From: Bacillota bacterium | GTDB lineage: Bacteria; Sysuimicrobiota; Sysuimicrobiia; Sysuimicrobiales; Segetimicrobiaceae | DNA length: 64,000 nucleotides | Direction of reading: 5' to 3' | NCBI GenBank assembly: GCA_021324255.1 | Contig: JAJPJL010000050.1 | Span: 2,836 to 66,835, forward strand | Shown here: one piece after another, positions 55,491 through 64,000 of the stretch | Layout of the letters: each line of letters starts with the position of its first letter | Numbering within the stretch: the stretch's first letter is position 1 | The notes under the pieces: generated by a model | Databases searched by the model: none | Seen by the model: the letters and a program-made list of their open reading frames with translations, nothing else | Told to the model about the DNA's origin: nothing | Made by a program: the position numbers and the translations under genes

Positions 55491-56428
55491 GGATCCTCGT
55501 GACCGGCGGCGGCGGGTTCGTCGGCTCCCACGTCGCGGAGGCGTACCGCAACGCCGGGCATCACGTCGCCGTCGTCGACGTGCTGAGCGGCGGCCGGCGC
55601 AACAACACGCCGCCGGGCGTGATGTTCTACCGCATGGACATCCGCCGCCCGGAGCTGGCGGAGGTGTTTCGCGAGGAGCGCCCGGAGCTCGTGTCGCATC
55701 ACGCCGCCGAGGCCAGCGTCCGCGCGTCCATCGCGAACCCGGTCGCGGACGCGGACACGAACGTGCTGGGGACGCTGCGCGTGCTCGAGCTCGCGGTGCG
55801 GTATCGCGTGTCCCAGGTCGTGTTTTCGTCCACGGCCGGCGCGCTGTACGGCGAGCCGCAGCGCCTCCCCGTGTCCGAGGACCATCCGATCCTGCCCACC
55901 GCACCCTACGGATTTCACAAGTACCTCGGGGAGCAGTACCTCCAGTACTACCGCCGGATGCACGGGCTCAACACGACCATCCTCCGCTACGGCAACGTGT
56001 ACGGCCCGCGACAGGATCCGCAGACGGAAGCCGGCGTCATCGCCATCTTCGCGGCGGCCATGCTCGCCGGGCGGCGCCCGACGATCTTCGGTGACGGCAC
56101 GCAGGTCCGCGACTTCGTCTACGTGGGCGACGTCGCCGACGCCAACCTGCGCGTCGTGGGGCGGCGCATCGACGAGCCGGTGCACGTGGCCACGGGCGTC
56201 GGCACGTCCGTCAACGACCTGGCGCGGGCGCTGCGCGGGCTCACGGGCGCGGCCGATCTGCCCGAGCACGGTCCGGCGGTGCCCGGGGAAGTCCACACGA
56301 TCGTGCTGTCCCCCGAACGCGCCGCGCGCCTCTTGGACTGGCGGCCGCGCCTGCCGCTGGAGGAAGGGCTTCGACGCACCGTCGAATGGTTTCGGCAGCA
56401 CGGCTCGCCGCGCGCCACGAGCGCGTGA
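55487..56428 (+). CDS. UDP-glucose 4-epimerase-like NAD-dependent epimerase (GalE family)
   Basis: MRILVTGGGGFVGSHVAEAY and YGFHKYLGE (YxxxK). ATG 55487 overlaps the glmS stop. Confidence 0.8.
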   Translation: MRILVTGGGGFVGSHVAEAYRNAGHHVAVVDVLSGGRRNNTPPGVMFYRMDIRRPELAEVFREERPELVSHHAAEASVRASIANPVADADTNVLGTLRVLELAVRYRVSQVVFSSTAGALYGEPQRLPVSEDHPILPTAPYGFHKYLGEQYLQYYRRMHGLNTTILRYGNVYGPRQDPQTEAGVIAIFAAAMLAGRRPTIFGDGTQVRDFVYVGDVADANLRVVGRRIDEPVHVATGVGTSVNDLARALRGLTGAADLPEHGPAVPGEVHTIVLSPERAARLLDWRPRLPLEEGLRRTVEWFRQHGSPRATSA

Positions 56429-56462
56429 GGCGCCGCCGCGGGCCGCACCAAAGGGGGGCGCC

Positions 56463-56648
56463 GTGATCGACAAGGAGTTGCTGGAGATCCTGGCGTGTCC
56501 CGTGTGCAAGACGCCCGTCGTCGAGCGCGAGGAGCGGCTCGTCTGCACGCAGTGCGGGCGCCGCTACCCCATCCGGGATGGCATCCCCGTGATGCTCGCC
56601 GACGAGGCGGAGCCGGGGGACGCCGGGGCCGGGTCTCCCGGCGGGTAG
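56463..56648 (+). CDS. Trm112-family small zinc-ribbon protein (UPF0434)
   Basis: LLEILACPVCKTPV...LVCTQCGRRYPIRDGIPVML is the Cys4 Trm112-like fold. Length is ~61 aa. Confidence 0.6.
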   Translation: MIDKELLEILACPVCKTPVVEREERLVCTQCGRRYPIRDGIPVMLADEAEPGDAGAGSPGG

Positions 56649-56672
56649 CGGGCGCCGCGGTACGAGAGGCCG

Positions 56673-57044
56673 ATGATCCGCGGCGTGGGCGTCGACATCA
56701 TCGAGATCCGCCGGCTCGAACGCGCCATCGGGCGATGGGGCGAGCCGTTTCTCCGCCGGATCTTCACGGACGCGGAGCGCCGTCACGCCGGCGCGCGGCC
56801 GCGGGCCGCGCAGCACCTGGCGGGCCGCTTCGCGGCGAAGGAAGCCGTGATGAAGGCGCTCGGCACCGGATGGCGCGGCCTGGCGTGGCGGGAGATCGAG
56901 ATCGACGCCGACCCGCGCGGCAATCCCGTGGTGCGTCTTCGCGGGCGCGCCGCGCGCGCCGCGTCCGCGCGGGGCATCGCCGCGCTGGCGGTGTCGATTT
57001 CCCACACGCGCGCGGTCGCGACGGCGCTCGCCGTGGCCGAATGA
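56673..57044 (+). CDS. acpS: Holo-[acyl-carrier-protein] synthase
   Basis: MIRGVGVDIIEIRRL...FTDAERRHA...RFAAKEAVMKALGTG is the canonical AcpS sequence. Length is 123 aa. Confidence 0.85.
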   Translation: MIRGVGVDIIEIRRLERAIGRWGEPFLRRIFTDAERRHAGARPRAAQHLAGRFAAKEAVMKALGTGWRGLAWREIEIDADPRGNPVVRLRGRAARAASARGIAALAVSISHTRAVATALAVAE

Positions 57045-57132
57045 CGGGGTGGCGTCGCCGCCCCGGGTCCCGCGTTCGGAGTCCGGCTCGACCGTCCCGC
57101 ATCGTCCCGTGAAGCTCCCGACCCCCGCGGAA

Positions 57133-58677
57133 ATGGCCGCGCTCGAGCGCCGCGCCCACGAGGCGTGCGGCCTCGGGGTCCCGGCCCTCATGGACCGCGC
57201 CGGCGCCGGCGTGGCGGAGGTCGCCCGCCGCCTCCTGCGCGCGCGGGGCGGCCGGCGGGTCGTCGTGGTCGCCGGCAAGGGCAACAACGGCGGCGATGGA
57301 TTCGTCGCCGCGCGCGACCTGTCGGACGGCGCGGCCGTCACGGTGCTCGTCGTCGTCCCGCCGGCGGACATCCGCGGCGAGGCGGGGGAGCGGCTCCGGG
57401 CGCTCGGAGACCGCGTGCCGGTCCAGGTCACCGCGGCGCTGGACGACGCCGCGCTGGCCCGCGCGCTCGGGGACGCCGATCTGGTCGTCGACGCGATCTT
57501 CGGCACCGGCTTTCGCGGCCCGGCGCGGGACGAGCCGGCGCGCGTCATCGAGGCGATCAACCGGTCCGGCGCGGAGGTCCTCGCCGTCGACGTGCCGTCC
57601 GGGTGCGACGCGGAGACCGGGGCGGCCGACCCGCCGTGCGTGCGCGCCGCCGCGACGGTGACGATGGGCCTGCCGAAGCTCGGCCTGGCGCAGTACCCCG
57701 CGGCGGCCCATGCCGGCGCGGTGTGGGTGGCCGACATCGGCCTCCCCCGCGCGCTGGTCGACGACGCCCCGATCGGGGCCGCGCTCGCCGGCGCCGCCTG
57801 GGTCGAGCGGACGCTGCCGCGGCGCGCGGTGGACGCGCACAAGGGCCAGGCGGGGCGCGTCGCCATCGTGGCGGGCGCCCGCGGGTTTGTCGGGGCCGCG
57901 ATCCTCGCGGCGCGGGGCGCGCTTCGCGCGGGCGCCGGCCTCGTGACGCTGGGGCTGCCGGCGTCGCTCGCGTCGGTGCCGGCGGGCTCGCTCCCGGAGG
58001 CGATGACGCGCGCCCTGCCGGAAACGCGGGACGGCACGGTCGCCGCGGGCGCCGTCGAGGCCGTGCTCGAGATGGCCGGCGCGTCGTCCGCCGCGGCGTT
58101 CGGGCCGGGGCTCACGACGCACCCCGACGTGGGGGCCCTCGTGCGCGAGGTCCTTCCCCGGCTCGCGTGCCCCGTGGTACTGGACGCGGACGCCTTGAAC
58201 GTCCTCGCCGGTGAGCCGGCGCGGTTCCGCGAGACGCAGGCTCCGCTCGTGGTCACGCCGCACCCGGGCGAGCTCGCACGCCTCGTGGGCAGCGCGATCT
58301 CCGAGATCCAGCGCGATCGCGTGGCCGCGGCGAGGGCGGCCGCGGCGTCGCTCGGCGCGACGGTCGTGCTCAAGGGCGCGGGCACGGTCGTGGCCGAGCC
58401 GGGCGGCGCGGTCCGGGTCGTCCCGAGCGCCACCGCCGCGATGGCGACCGGGGGCATGGGCGACGTGCTCACGGGGGCGGTGGCCGCGTTGCTCGCGGGC
58501 GGGCTCAGGCCGTTCGACGCCGCGGCGTGCGCGGCGTACCTCCACGCGCTCGCGGGCCGTCTGGCCGCCTGCGCCGACCGGGGCCTCCTGGCGCACGAGG
58601 TGGCCGACGCCCTGCCGCGCGCGCTCGACCGGGTTCGGCGGGGCGAGGTCGACGATGGCTTCCGACTCGTTCCCTAA
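57133..58677 (+). CDS. nnr: Bifunctional NAD(P)H-hydrate repair enzyme (epimerase + ADP-dependent dehydratase)
   Basis: YjeF_N is present (VVVVAGKGNNGGDGFVAARDL), as is YjeF_C (HKGQAGRVAIVAGARGFVGAAILAA...GGMGDVLTG). The start may be as far upstream as 57049. Confidence 0.8.
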   Translation: MAALERRAHEACGLGVPALMDRAGAGVAEVARRLLRARGGRRVVVVAGKGNNGGDGFVAARDLSDGAAVTVLVVVPPADIRGEAGERLRALGDRVPVQVTAALDDAALARALGDADLVVDAIFGTGFRGPARDEPARVIEAINRSGAEVLAVDVPSGCDAETGAADPPCVRAAATVTMGLPKLGLAQYPAAAHAGAVWVADIGLPRALVDDAPIGAALAGAAWVERTLPRRAVDAHKGQAGRVAIVAGARGFVGAAILAARGALRAGAGLVTLGLPASLASVPAGSLPEAMTRALPETRDGTVAAGAVEAVLEMAGASSAAAFGPGLTTHPDVGALVREVLPRLACPVVLDADALNVLAGEPARFRETQAPLVVTPHPGELARLVGSAISEIQRDRVAAARAAAASLGATVVLKGAGTVVAEPGGAVRVVPSATAAMATGGMGDVLTGAVAALLAGGLRPFDAAACAAYLHALAGRLAACADRGLLAHEVADALPRALDRVRRGEVDDGFRLVP

Positions 58678-59851
58678 CCCCGGCGCGCCGGCCGGCCTCG
58701 CGACTCACCGGCCGCTGCGACCCGCGTGGGCGGAGGTCGACCTGGACGCGCTCCGTGCCAACGTGCACGCGCTGCGACGCGTGGCGGCCCCGGCCTCCGT
58801 GCTCGCCGTCGTGAAGGCCGACGCGTACGGGCACGGCGCCGCGCAGGTGGCGCGCGCCGCCGTGGAGGCCGGCGCGTGGGGGCTCGGCATCGCCACCGTG
58901 GACGAGGGGATCGAGCTGCGGCGTGCCGGCATCGGCGCTCCCATCCTTGTGCTCGGCGCGATCGGGCCGGGCGAGGCGGCGCCGGCCGTGGCGCACGACC
59001 TGCGGTTGACGGTGGCGGAAGAGACGGTGGCGGCGGCCACGAGCCGCGCCGCGGCCGCCGCCCACCGCGAGGCACGGCTGCACCTGAAGGTGGACACGGG
59101 GATGGGCCGCCTCGGCGTCGCCCCCGCGGACGCGGCGGCGCTGGCCGCCCGCGTGGCGGCGCTGCCTCACGTGACGCTCGAAGGGTGCTCCACGCACTTC
59201 GCGAGCGCGGACGAGCCCGATCTCGCCTCCGCGGCGCGCCAGCTCGAGGTGTTTCGGGGGGCGCTCTCGGCCCTCGAGCACGCCGGCGTCCGGGTGGCGC
59301 TCCGCCACGCCGCAAACAGCGCGGCGACGCTCGCGCTCCCGGAGGCGCGCCTGGATCTCGTCCGCTGCGGCCTGGCCCTCTACGGCGTCGTGCCGGCGCC
59401 GCACCTCGTGGGGCGCGCCGAGCTGCGCCCCGTGATGCGGCTCTGCGCGCGCGTGGTGCACCGCAAGCGCGTGCCGCCGGGGACGCCGATCGGATACGGC
59501 CACGCGTACCGGACCACGCGGGAGACCACGGTGGTCACGATCCCGGTGGGGTACGCCGACGGGTACCCGCGGGCGGCCGGCGAGGGGTGCACCGTGTGGC
59601 TCCGGGGCCGGTGCGCGCCGGTCGCGGGACGGGTGAGCATGGATCAGATCACCGTGGACGCCGGAGACGCGCCGGTGGCGCTCGGCGACGCCGTCGAGTT
59701 GTGGGGCGCCGCGGTGCCGGTGGAGATCGTGGCGCGCGCGGCGCGAACCATCCCGTACGAGGTGCTCGCCCGGACCGCGCGGCGGGTTCCCCGCGTCTAT
59801 CTCGACGGGGGGCGCGTCGCGGCGGTCCGCACGCTGCTCGGCGAGGAATGA
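58655..59851 (+). CDS. alr: Alanine racemase
   Basis: LAVVKADAYGHGA is the PLP-lysine motif. The C-terminal GRVSMDQITVD is typical of Alr. Confidence 0.85.
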   Translation: MASDSFPNPGAPAGLATHRPLRPAWAEVDLDALRANVHALRRVAAPASVLAVVKADAYGHGAAQVARAAVEAGAWGLGIATVDEGIELRRAGIGAPILVLGAIGPGEAAPAVAHDLRLTVAEETVAAATSRAAAAAHREARLHLKVDTGMGRLGVAPADAAALAARVAALPHVTLEGCSTHFASADEPDLASAARQLEVFRGALSALEHAGVRVALRHAANSAATLALPEARLDLVRCGLALYGVVPAPHLVGRAELRPVMRLCARVVHRKRVPPGTPIGYGHAYRTTRETTVVTIPVGYADGYPRAAGEGCTVWLRGRCAPVAGRVSMDQITVDAGDAPVALGDAVELWGAAVPVEIVARAARTIPYEVLARTARRVPRVYLDGGRVAAVRTLLGEE

Positions 59852-61548
59852 TCGCCCCGACGGACCGGCCTCGCGCCTCGCCGGGCGCGCCCCGGTTTTT
59901 GCCGCTCGGCGACACCGGGCTCGTGGTCGAGTTCGGCGACGACGAGATCTCCGATGCGGCCAACGCCGCCGTGCTCGCGCTGCGCGCGGCGATCGAGACG
60001 CACCCGCCCGCGGGGCTGCGCGAGACCGTCCCCACGTACCGGTCGCTCCTCGTGGTGTACGACCCCCTCGTCACGCCCGTGCGGGACCTCCGCGCCGCGG
60101 TGCGGGATCGCCTCGCGGCGTCGGACCCCGCGCGCCTGTCCGAGGGACGCCTGCTCGAGATCCCGACCGCGTACGGCGGGGCGTACGGGCCGGACCTCGC
60201 GGGCGTGGCGGCGGAGACCGGGCTCACCGAGTCGCAGGTGGTGGCCGCGCATGCCGGCGCCGTGTACCGCGTCTACATGATCGGCTTCACCCCCGGCTTC
60301 CCGTACATGGGTACGCTGCCGCCGGCGATCCGGGTGCCTCGGCTCGCGTCGCCGCGCACGCGCGTGCCGGTGCGGTCGGTGGCGATGGCGGGACAGCAGA
60401 CGGGCGTCTATCCCACCGACAGCCCCGGCGGATGGCGCCTCATCGGCCGTACCCCGCTTCGGATCTACGATCCGCAGCGCGCGAACCCGTTTCTGCTGGA
60501 TGCGGGCGATCGCGTACGCTACGTCCCGATCTCCTCAGCGGAGTACGAGCGGCGCGCTCCTGCGGACGGCGAGGCGGCGGCGCCCCCGCCGGTGCCGCCC
60601 CGGGCCGACTTCCTGGTCGAGGACGGCGGGGTGCTCACGACCGTGCAAGATTTCGGGCGCCCGGGGTACCGGCGGTTCGGCATGCCGCAGGCCGGCGCCA
60701 TGGACCCGCTCGCGCTCCGCATCGCCAACCTCCTCCTCGGCAATCCTCCCGGCGCCCCGGCGCTGGAGTTTGCGCTCCCGGGTCCGAGGCTCGTGGCGCT
60801 GCGCGCCATCACGATCGCCATCGGCGGCGCCGACCTGGGCCCGATGCGAAACGGCCGGCCGCTACGACCCTGGCTCGCTACGCCGCTCGCCGCGGGCGAC
60901 GTGCTCTCGTTTGCGGCGCCGCGGGGCGGGCGGTGGGCGTACCTCGCCATCCCGGGGGGCGTGGACGTGCCCGCGGTGCTGGGGAGCCGTGCGACCTACG
61001 TGCGCGGCGGGCTCGGCGGGTACGGCGGACGGCGCCTCCGCCGCGGCGATCGCCTGGCGGCGGCGGAGCGGGCGGCCGCAACGCGCCTCGCGCTTCTGGG
61101 ATCCGCGCCGCCGGCCGGCACGGAGGCGGACGTACGCGTCGTGCTTGGACCGCAGGACGACTATTTTACGCCGGACGCGGTGCGCGCGCTGCTCACCGAG
61201 GCGTACCGGCCGGGCCACGATGTCGACCGCGTGGGGTACCGCCTCGACGGGCCGCGGCTCGCCCACCGGGCCCGGAGCGAGCTGCTGTCCGACGGCTTGC
61301 TGCCGGGCGCGATCCAGGTGCCCGCGGACGGCCGGCCGATCGTGATCATGCCGGACGGTCCCACGGCGGGCGGCTACCCGAAGATCGGCGCGGTGCTCGC
61401 ACCCGATCTGCGGCTCGTCGCCCAGGCGTCGCGCACGACGCCGGTCCGATTTCGCGCGGTCCCGTGGGACGAGGCCCGCCGAGCGGCCCAGGACGAGGCC
61501 GCGGCGCTGGCATCGCTGCGGTTCGAGCCGGCGGGGTCCGAGCCGTAG
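59848..61548 (+). CDS. Fused 5-oxoprolinase subunits B and C (PxpB/KipI + PxpC/KipA; allophanate-hydrolase-subunit-like)
   Basis: The N-terminal ~230 aa (FLPLGDTGLVVEFGD...YMIGFTPGFPYMG) is KipI/PxpB-like. The C-terminal ~330 aa (LTTVQDFGRPGYRRFGMPQAGAMD...) is KipA/PxpC-like. It is one continuous frame. ATG 59848 overlaps the alr stop. Confidence 0.75.
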   Translation: MIAPTDRPRASPGAPRFLPLGDTGLVVEFGDDEISDAANAAVLALRAAIETHPPAGLRETVPTYRSLLVVYDPLVTPVRDLRAAVRDRLAASDPARLSEGRLLEIPTAYGGAYGPDLAGVAAETGLTESQVVAAHAGAVYRVYMIGFTPGFPYMGTLPPAIRVPRLASPRTRVPVRSVAMAGQQTGVYPTDSPGGWRLIGRTPLRIYDPQRANPFLLDAGDRVRYVPISSAEYERRAPADGEAAAPPPVPPRADFLVEDGGVLTTVQDFGRPGYRRFGMPQAGAMDPLALRIANLLLGNPPGAPALEFALPGPRLVALRAITIAIGGADLGPMRNGRPLRPWLATPLAAGDVLSFAAPRGGRWAYLAIPGGVDVPAVLGSRATYVRGGLGGYGGRRLRRGDRLAAAERAAATRLALLGSAPPAGTEADVRVVLGPQDDYFTPDAVRALLTEAYRPGHDVDRVGYRLDGPRLAHRARSELLSDGLLPGAIQVPADGRPIVIMPDGPTAGGYPKIGAVLAPDLRLVAQASRTTPVRFRAVPWDEARRAAQDEAAALASLRFEPAGSEP

Positions 61549-61635
61549 CCGTGCGCGGGGCCCGCCTCGCGCGCGGCCGCGATGCCTTCCGCCACGCAGC
61601 CGCTTTGACGCCGGCCGGCCGCGCGGTGTAGAGTT

Positions 61636-62424
61636 GTGGGAGTGCATCGCGGGGAGGACGCGACCGTGACCGATCACCGCCCACGCATCGGCATCGCCGG
61701 GGCGCAGCGCACCGAGCGCGAGCGCACCTCGTTTTACGCGTACGCGGAGGCGGTGGAGGCCGCGGGCGGCGAGCCGGTCCCCGTGCTGCTGGGTGCGGTC
61801 CCGGCGCGCGTGCTCGACGATCTTGACGGCCTGGTCCTCACGGGCGGCCTCGACGTCGCGCCGGAGGAGTACGGCGAGCGGGCGCGGCCGGAGATGGCGG
61901 TCGAGCCCGATCCCGAGCGGGACGCGCTCGAGCTGCCGCTCGCGCGCGAGGCGGTCCGGCGGGATCTGCCGGTGTTCGCCATCTGCCGCGGCATCCAGAC
62001 GCTCAACGTCGCGCTCGGCGGCACGCTGATCCAGGACGTGGACGTGGAGCGCGGCGGGCGCCAGGCGTGGACCCACCAGCAGCGCGCGTCGCGCCCGGAC
62101 CTGCCGGCGCACGCCGCGGTCCACGACGTCACGATCGAGGCGGGCACGCGCCTGCGCGACCTCGTCGGCGCGGGCACGCTCGGCGTGAACACGTTCCACC
62201 ATCAGGCCGTCCGCGATCTCGCGCCGGGGCTCGTCGTGGCGGCGCGGGCGGTGGAGGCCCGGGCGCCGGCCCTGATCGAGGCCGTCGAGGCGCCGGCCAG
62301 GCGGTTCGTGCTGGGCGTGCAGTGGCACCCGGAGCGCATGTGGAGGCACCAGGCCGCGCACGCTCGTCTCTTCGAGGCGCTGGTCCGCGCCGCGCGGGAG
62401 CGGGTCCGGACCGCCGCGCGGTGA
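61636..62424 (+). CDS. Class I glutamine amidotransferase-like hydrolase (gamma-glutamyl-gamma-aminobutyrate hydrolase / peptidase C26 family)
   Basis: LPVFAICRGIQTLNVALGGTL has the catalytic Cys, and GVQWHPE has the catalytic His. The likely start is GTG 61669, after GGGGAGG. Confidence 0.7.
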   Translation: MGVHRGEDATVTDHRPRIGIAGAQRTERERTSFYAYAEAVEAAGGEPVPVLLGAVPARVLDDLDGLVLTGGLDVAPEEYGERARPEMAVEPDPERDALELPLAREAVRRDLPVFAICRGIQTLNVALGGTLIQDVDVERGGRQAWTHQQRASRPDLPAHAAVHDVTIEAGTRLRDLVGAGTLGVNTFHHQAVRDLAPGLVVAARAVEARAPALIEAVEAPARRFVLGVQWHPERMWRHQAAHARLFEALVRAARERVRTAAR

Positions 62425-62722
62425 CGCGGCGGGGTCGCACGCCGCACCCGGACGACGGCCCGGAGGAGGTATCGTCGCGCCTGACCGTCGAAGTGCATGG
62501 CGCGCCGTACGGTCCGGACGGGCTGACCCGGGGCGGCCGCTTGGCGCCCGCGAGCGACATGTGTGCGTGGTCCCTGCTTCATGCGCTGCTGACGGCCCGA
62601 GCGTGCACTGTGTTTCAACGTCCCAGGTGTGCGTCGCGTACGGCGGAGGGCAGCCTCGTGGGGCCCGGCGTCCTCGACGCGCGGGGCGGGCCTTTGATTG
62701 AGACGAGTTCCGGGGGGGATCG

Positions 62723-63544
62723 ATGAAGGTCTTCATTTCGGCCGACATGGAGGGCACCGCAGGCGTCACGGATTGGGAACAGGTGCAGTCGCGTTATCCC
62801 GAGTACACACGGTTCCGCCGCCTGATGACGGAAGAGGTCAACGCCGCGATCCTGGGCGCGCTCGAAGGCGGCGCGACGGAGGTCGTCGTCAACGACTCCC
62901 ACGCCGACATGCGCAACATCTTGATCGAGGAGCTGCACCCGCAGGCGCAGCTCATCAGCGGCAGCCCGAAGCCGCACGGCATGATGCAAGGCATCGACGC
63001 GTCCTTCGATGCCGTGTTCTTCACCGGCTACCACGCCGCGGCGGGCACCGCCAACGCGATTCTCGACCACTCGTTCAGCAGCGCATCCGTCCGGCAGATC
63101 AAGCTCGGCAACCTGATCGTCGGTGAGGTCGGGCTCAACGCCGCGCTCGCCGGGCACTTCAAGGTCCCCGTGGCGCTCGTCACCGGCGACGGGACGGCGA
63201 CCGCGCAGGTCAAGAAGCTCATCCCGCAGGTCGAGCCCGTGGTCGTCAAGGAAGCCATCGGGCGGGTGGCGGCCCGGTCCTATCAGCCCGTGGAGGCCCG
63301 CCGCCGCATCAAGGACGGGGCGCAGCGGGCCCTCAAGCGCGTGAAAGACCTCAAGCCGTTCACCGTGCCGCGGCCCGTGGGGCTCGAGATCGAGTGGCAC
63401 TACACGGGGATGGCGGATCGATGCATGCTGATCCCGGGCGTCACCCGCGTGAATCCCCGCGCCGTCGCCTTCAAGGCGAAGGACGCCGAGCAGGCGTACA
63501 CCGTCACGATCGCGTGCTTGGTGATGGCGCGGTCGACCCTGTAG
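62723..63544 (+). CDS. dppA: D-aminopeptidase DppA (peptidase M55)
   Basis: MKVFISADMEGTAGV...EVVVNDSHA...FFTGYHA matches M55/DppA along its full length. RBS GGGGGGGA. Confidence 0.8.
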   Translation: MKVFISADMEGTAGVTDWEQVQSRYPEYTRFRRLMTEEVNAAILGALEGGATEVVVNDSHADMRNILIEELHPQAQLISGSPKPHGMMQGIDASFDAVFFTGYHAAAGTANAILDHSFSSASVRQIKLGNLIVGEVGLNAALAGHFKVPVALVTGDGTATAQVKKLIPQVEPVVVKEAIGRVAARSYQPVEARRRIKDGAQRALKRVKDLKPFTVPRPVGLEIEWHYTGMADRCMLIPGVTRVNPRAVAFKAKDAEQAYTVTIACLVMARSTL

Positions 63545-63864
63545 TGCTGCGCCTCCGGTGTCTGGCGAGACGAAGTAGCTGGGCCTGCCGGACCTGCCTG
63601 GAGCGGGCGTTCGACGCCCGCGGTGTATCCGTGTGTGTTGCGCATGTTCGCTTGCGCTGCGGGCAACGCGGCTACCCGAAGTTTGGTAGGCGTCGGTGGC
63701 GAAGCGAAGGGTAGGTCCGGCCGGCCCGACCCCTCGCCGAAGTACGGCAACGACGCAGTAGGAGCGTCTGTACGGCCGGTCTCGATCGCGATCCCGCCGG
63801 TCCCTGCCGGGGCGACGCCGGCCCGCCCGATCAGCCGGCGGCCGCGTTCGCCGGACTCGCCGCG

Positions 63865-64000
63865 GTGCTGGACGAGGTGCGGGCGACCTCGAGCACGCGC
63901 GCGAAGGTGGCCGCCCTCGGCGGGTATCTCGCGTCGCTGGGCGATGACGACCTGCGGCGCGCGTGCACGTTTCTGCGCGGCGCGCCGTTTCCACCCGGTG
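63865..64000 (+). CDS. ATP-dependent DNA ligase (LigB-like), N-terminal fragment running off the window
   Basis: VLDEVRATSSTRAKVAALGGYLASLGDDDLRRACTFLRGAPFP resembles the N-terminal DNA-binding-domain start of actinobacterial/bacterial ATP-dependent ligases (compare ...VAATSSRLTKVARIAALL...). GTG 63865 is the first start codon in an open frame. Confidence 0.45.
   Translation, partial: MLDEVRATSSTRAKVAALGGYLASLGDDDLRRACTFLRGAPFPPG

Noticed and set aside
53658-55904. 748-aa minus-strand ORF opposite glmS
   Set aside because: glmS on the plus strand is unambiguous. The antisense frame is Arg/Pro-rich.
56241-58596. Two overlapping minus-strand ORFs (743 aa and 610 aa) opposite acpS and nnr
   Set aside because: They overlap each other in different frames and are antisense to well-supported genes. 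They have no signatures.
58726-59847. 5' 1.1 kb of the 940-aa plus-strand track ORF (58726..61548)
   Set aside because: This part is out of frame with, and fully overlaps, alanine racemase, which has the PLP-lysine motif. Only the portion from ATG 59848 (PxpB-PxpC) is credible.
60862-62769. 635-aa minus-strand ORF opposite pxpC and the amidotransferase
   Set aside because: It is an antisense GC artefact. The sense genes have clear family motifs.
1-64000. tRNA, rRNA or integrase/transposase genes marking the low-GC islands
   Set aside because: I saw no cloverleaf-like tRNA sequence, no rRNA-like stretch, and no recombinase or transposase ORF. The islands are therefore annotated only on composition and gene content.

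Overview
This window is a high-GC (about 70%) bacterial chromosomal segment read mainly on the plus strand. About 1-44.8 kb is one very large cell-surface glycan locus. It carries a Wzy-dependent assembly set (Wzz-like co-polymerase, a putative Wzy-like polymerase, a Wzx flippase, an initiating phosphoglycosyltransferase), plus a YfhO-like membrane protein, GT2 and GT4 glycosyltransferases, and a GT-C-like glycosyltransferase with an ArnE/F-like small flippase. It also has five NDP-sugar epimerase/dehydratase genes in the locus (a sixth lies downstream of glmS), a nucleotide-sugar 6-dehydrogenase, Gfo/Idh/MocA oxidoreductases, three sugar nucleotidyltransferases, a PAP2 phosphatase, and a complete nucleotide-heptose cassette (gmhA, gmhB, and an HldE-like kinase/nucleotidyltransferase with swapped domain order). 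An E1-alpha/E1-beta thiamine-dependent pair and an Fsa/transaldolase-like gene sit inside the locus. A visibly lower-GC island (about 17.4-27.4 kb) holds three methyltransferases, an AT3 acyltransferase, a membrane-anchored repeat protein, and a duplicated pair of ~840-aa polytopic membrane proteins I cannot assign to any family. A small low-GC toxin-antitoxin island (two RHH-PIN pairs plus a nucleotidyltransferase) is inserted among the GT4 genes. From 46 kb on the content is housekeeping: rplM-rpsI, a LysM/NlpC-P60 hydrolase, argF, cdaA-cdaR-glmM, a clear glmS ribozyme upstream of glmS, a GalE-like epimerase, a Trm112-like protein, acpS, nnr, alr, a fused pxpB-pxpC, a gamma-glutamyl hydrolase-like amidotransferase, DppA, and the 5' end of an ATP-dependent DNA ligase. 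The Bacillus-like cdaA-cdaR-glmM-ribozyme-glmS order suggests a high-GC Firmicutes-type lineage, though that is an inference. Many long ORFs in the track are antisense or out-of-frame high-GC artefacts and were rejected. The ORF track translates TTG/GTG starts as M, so start coordinates are approximate.
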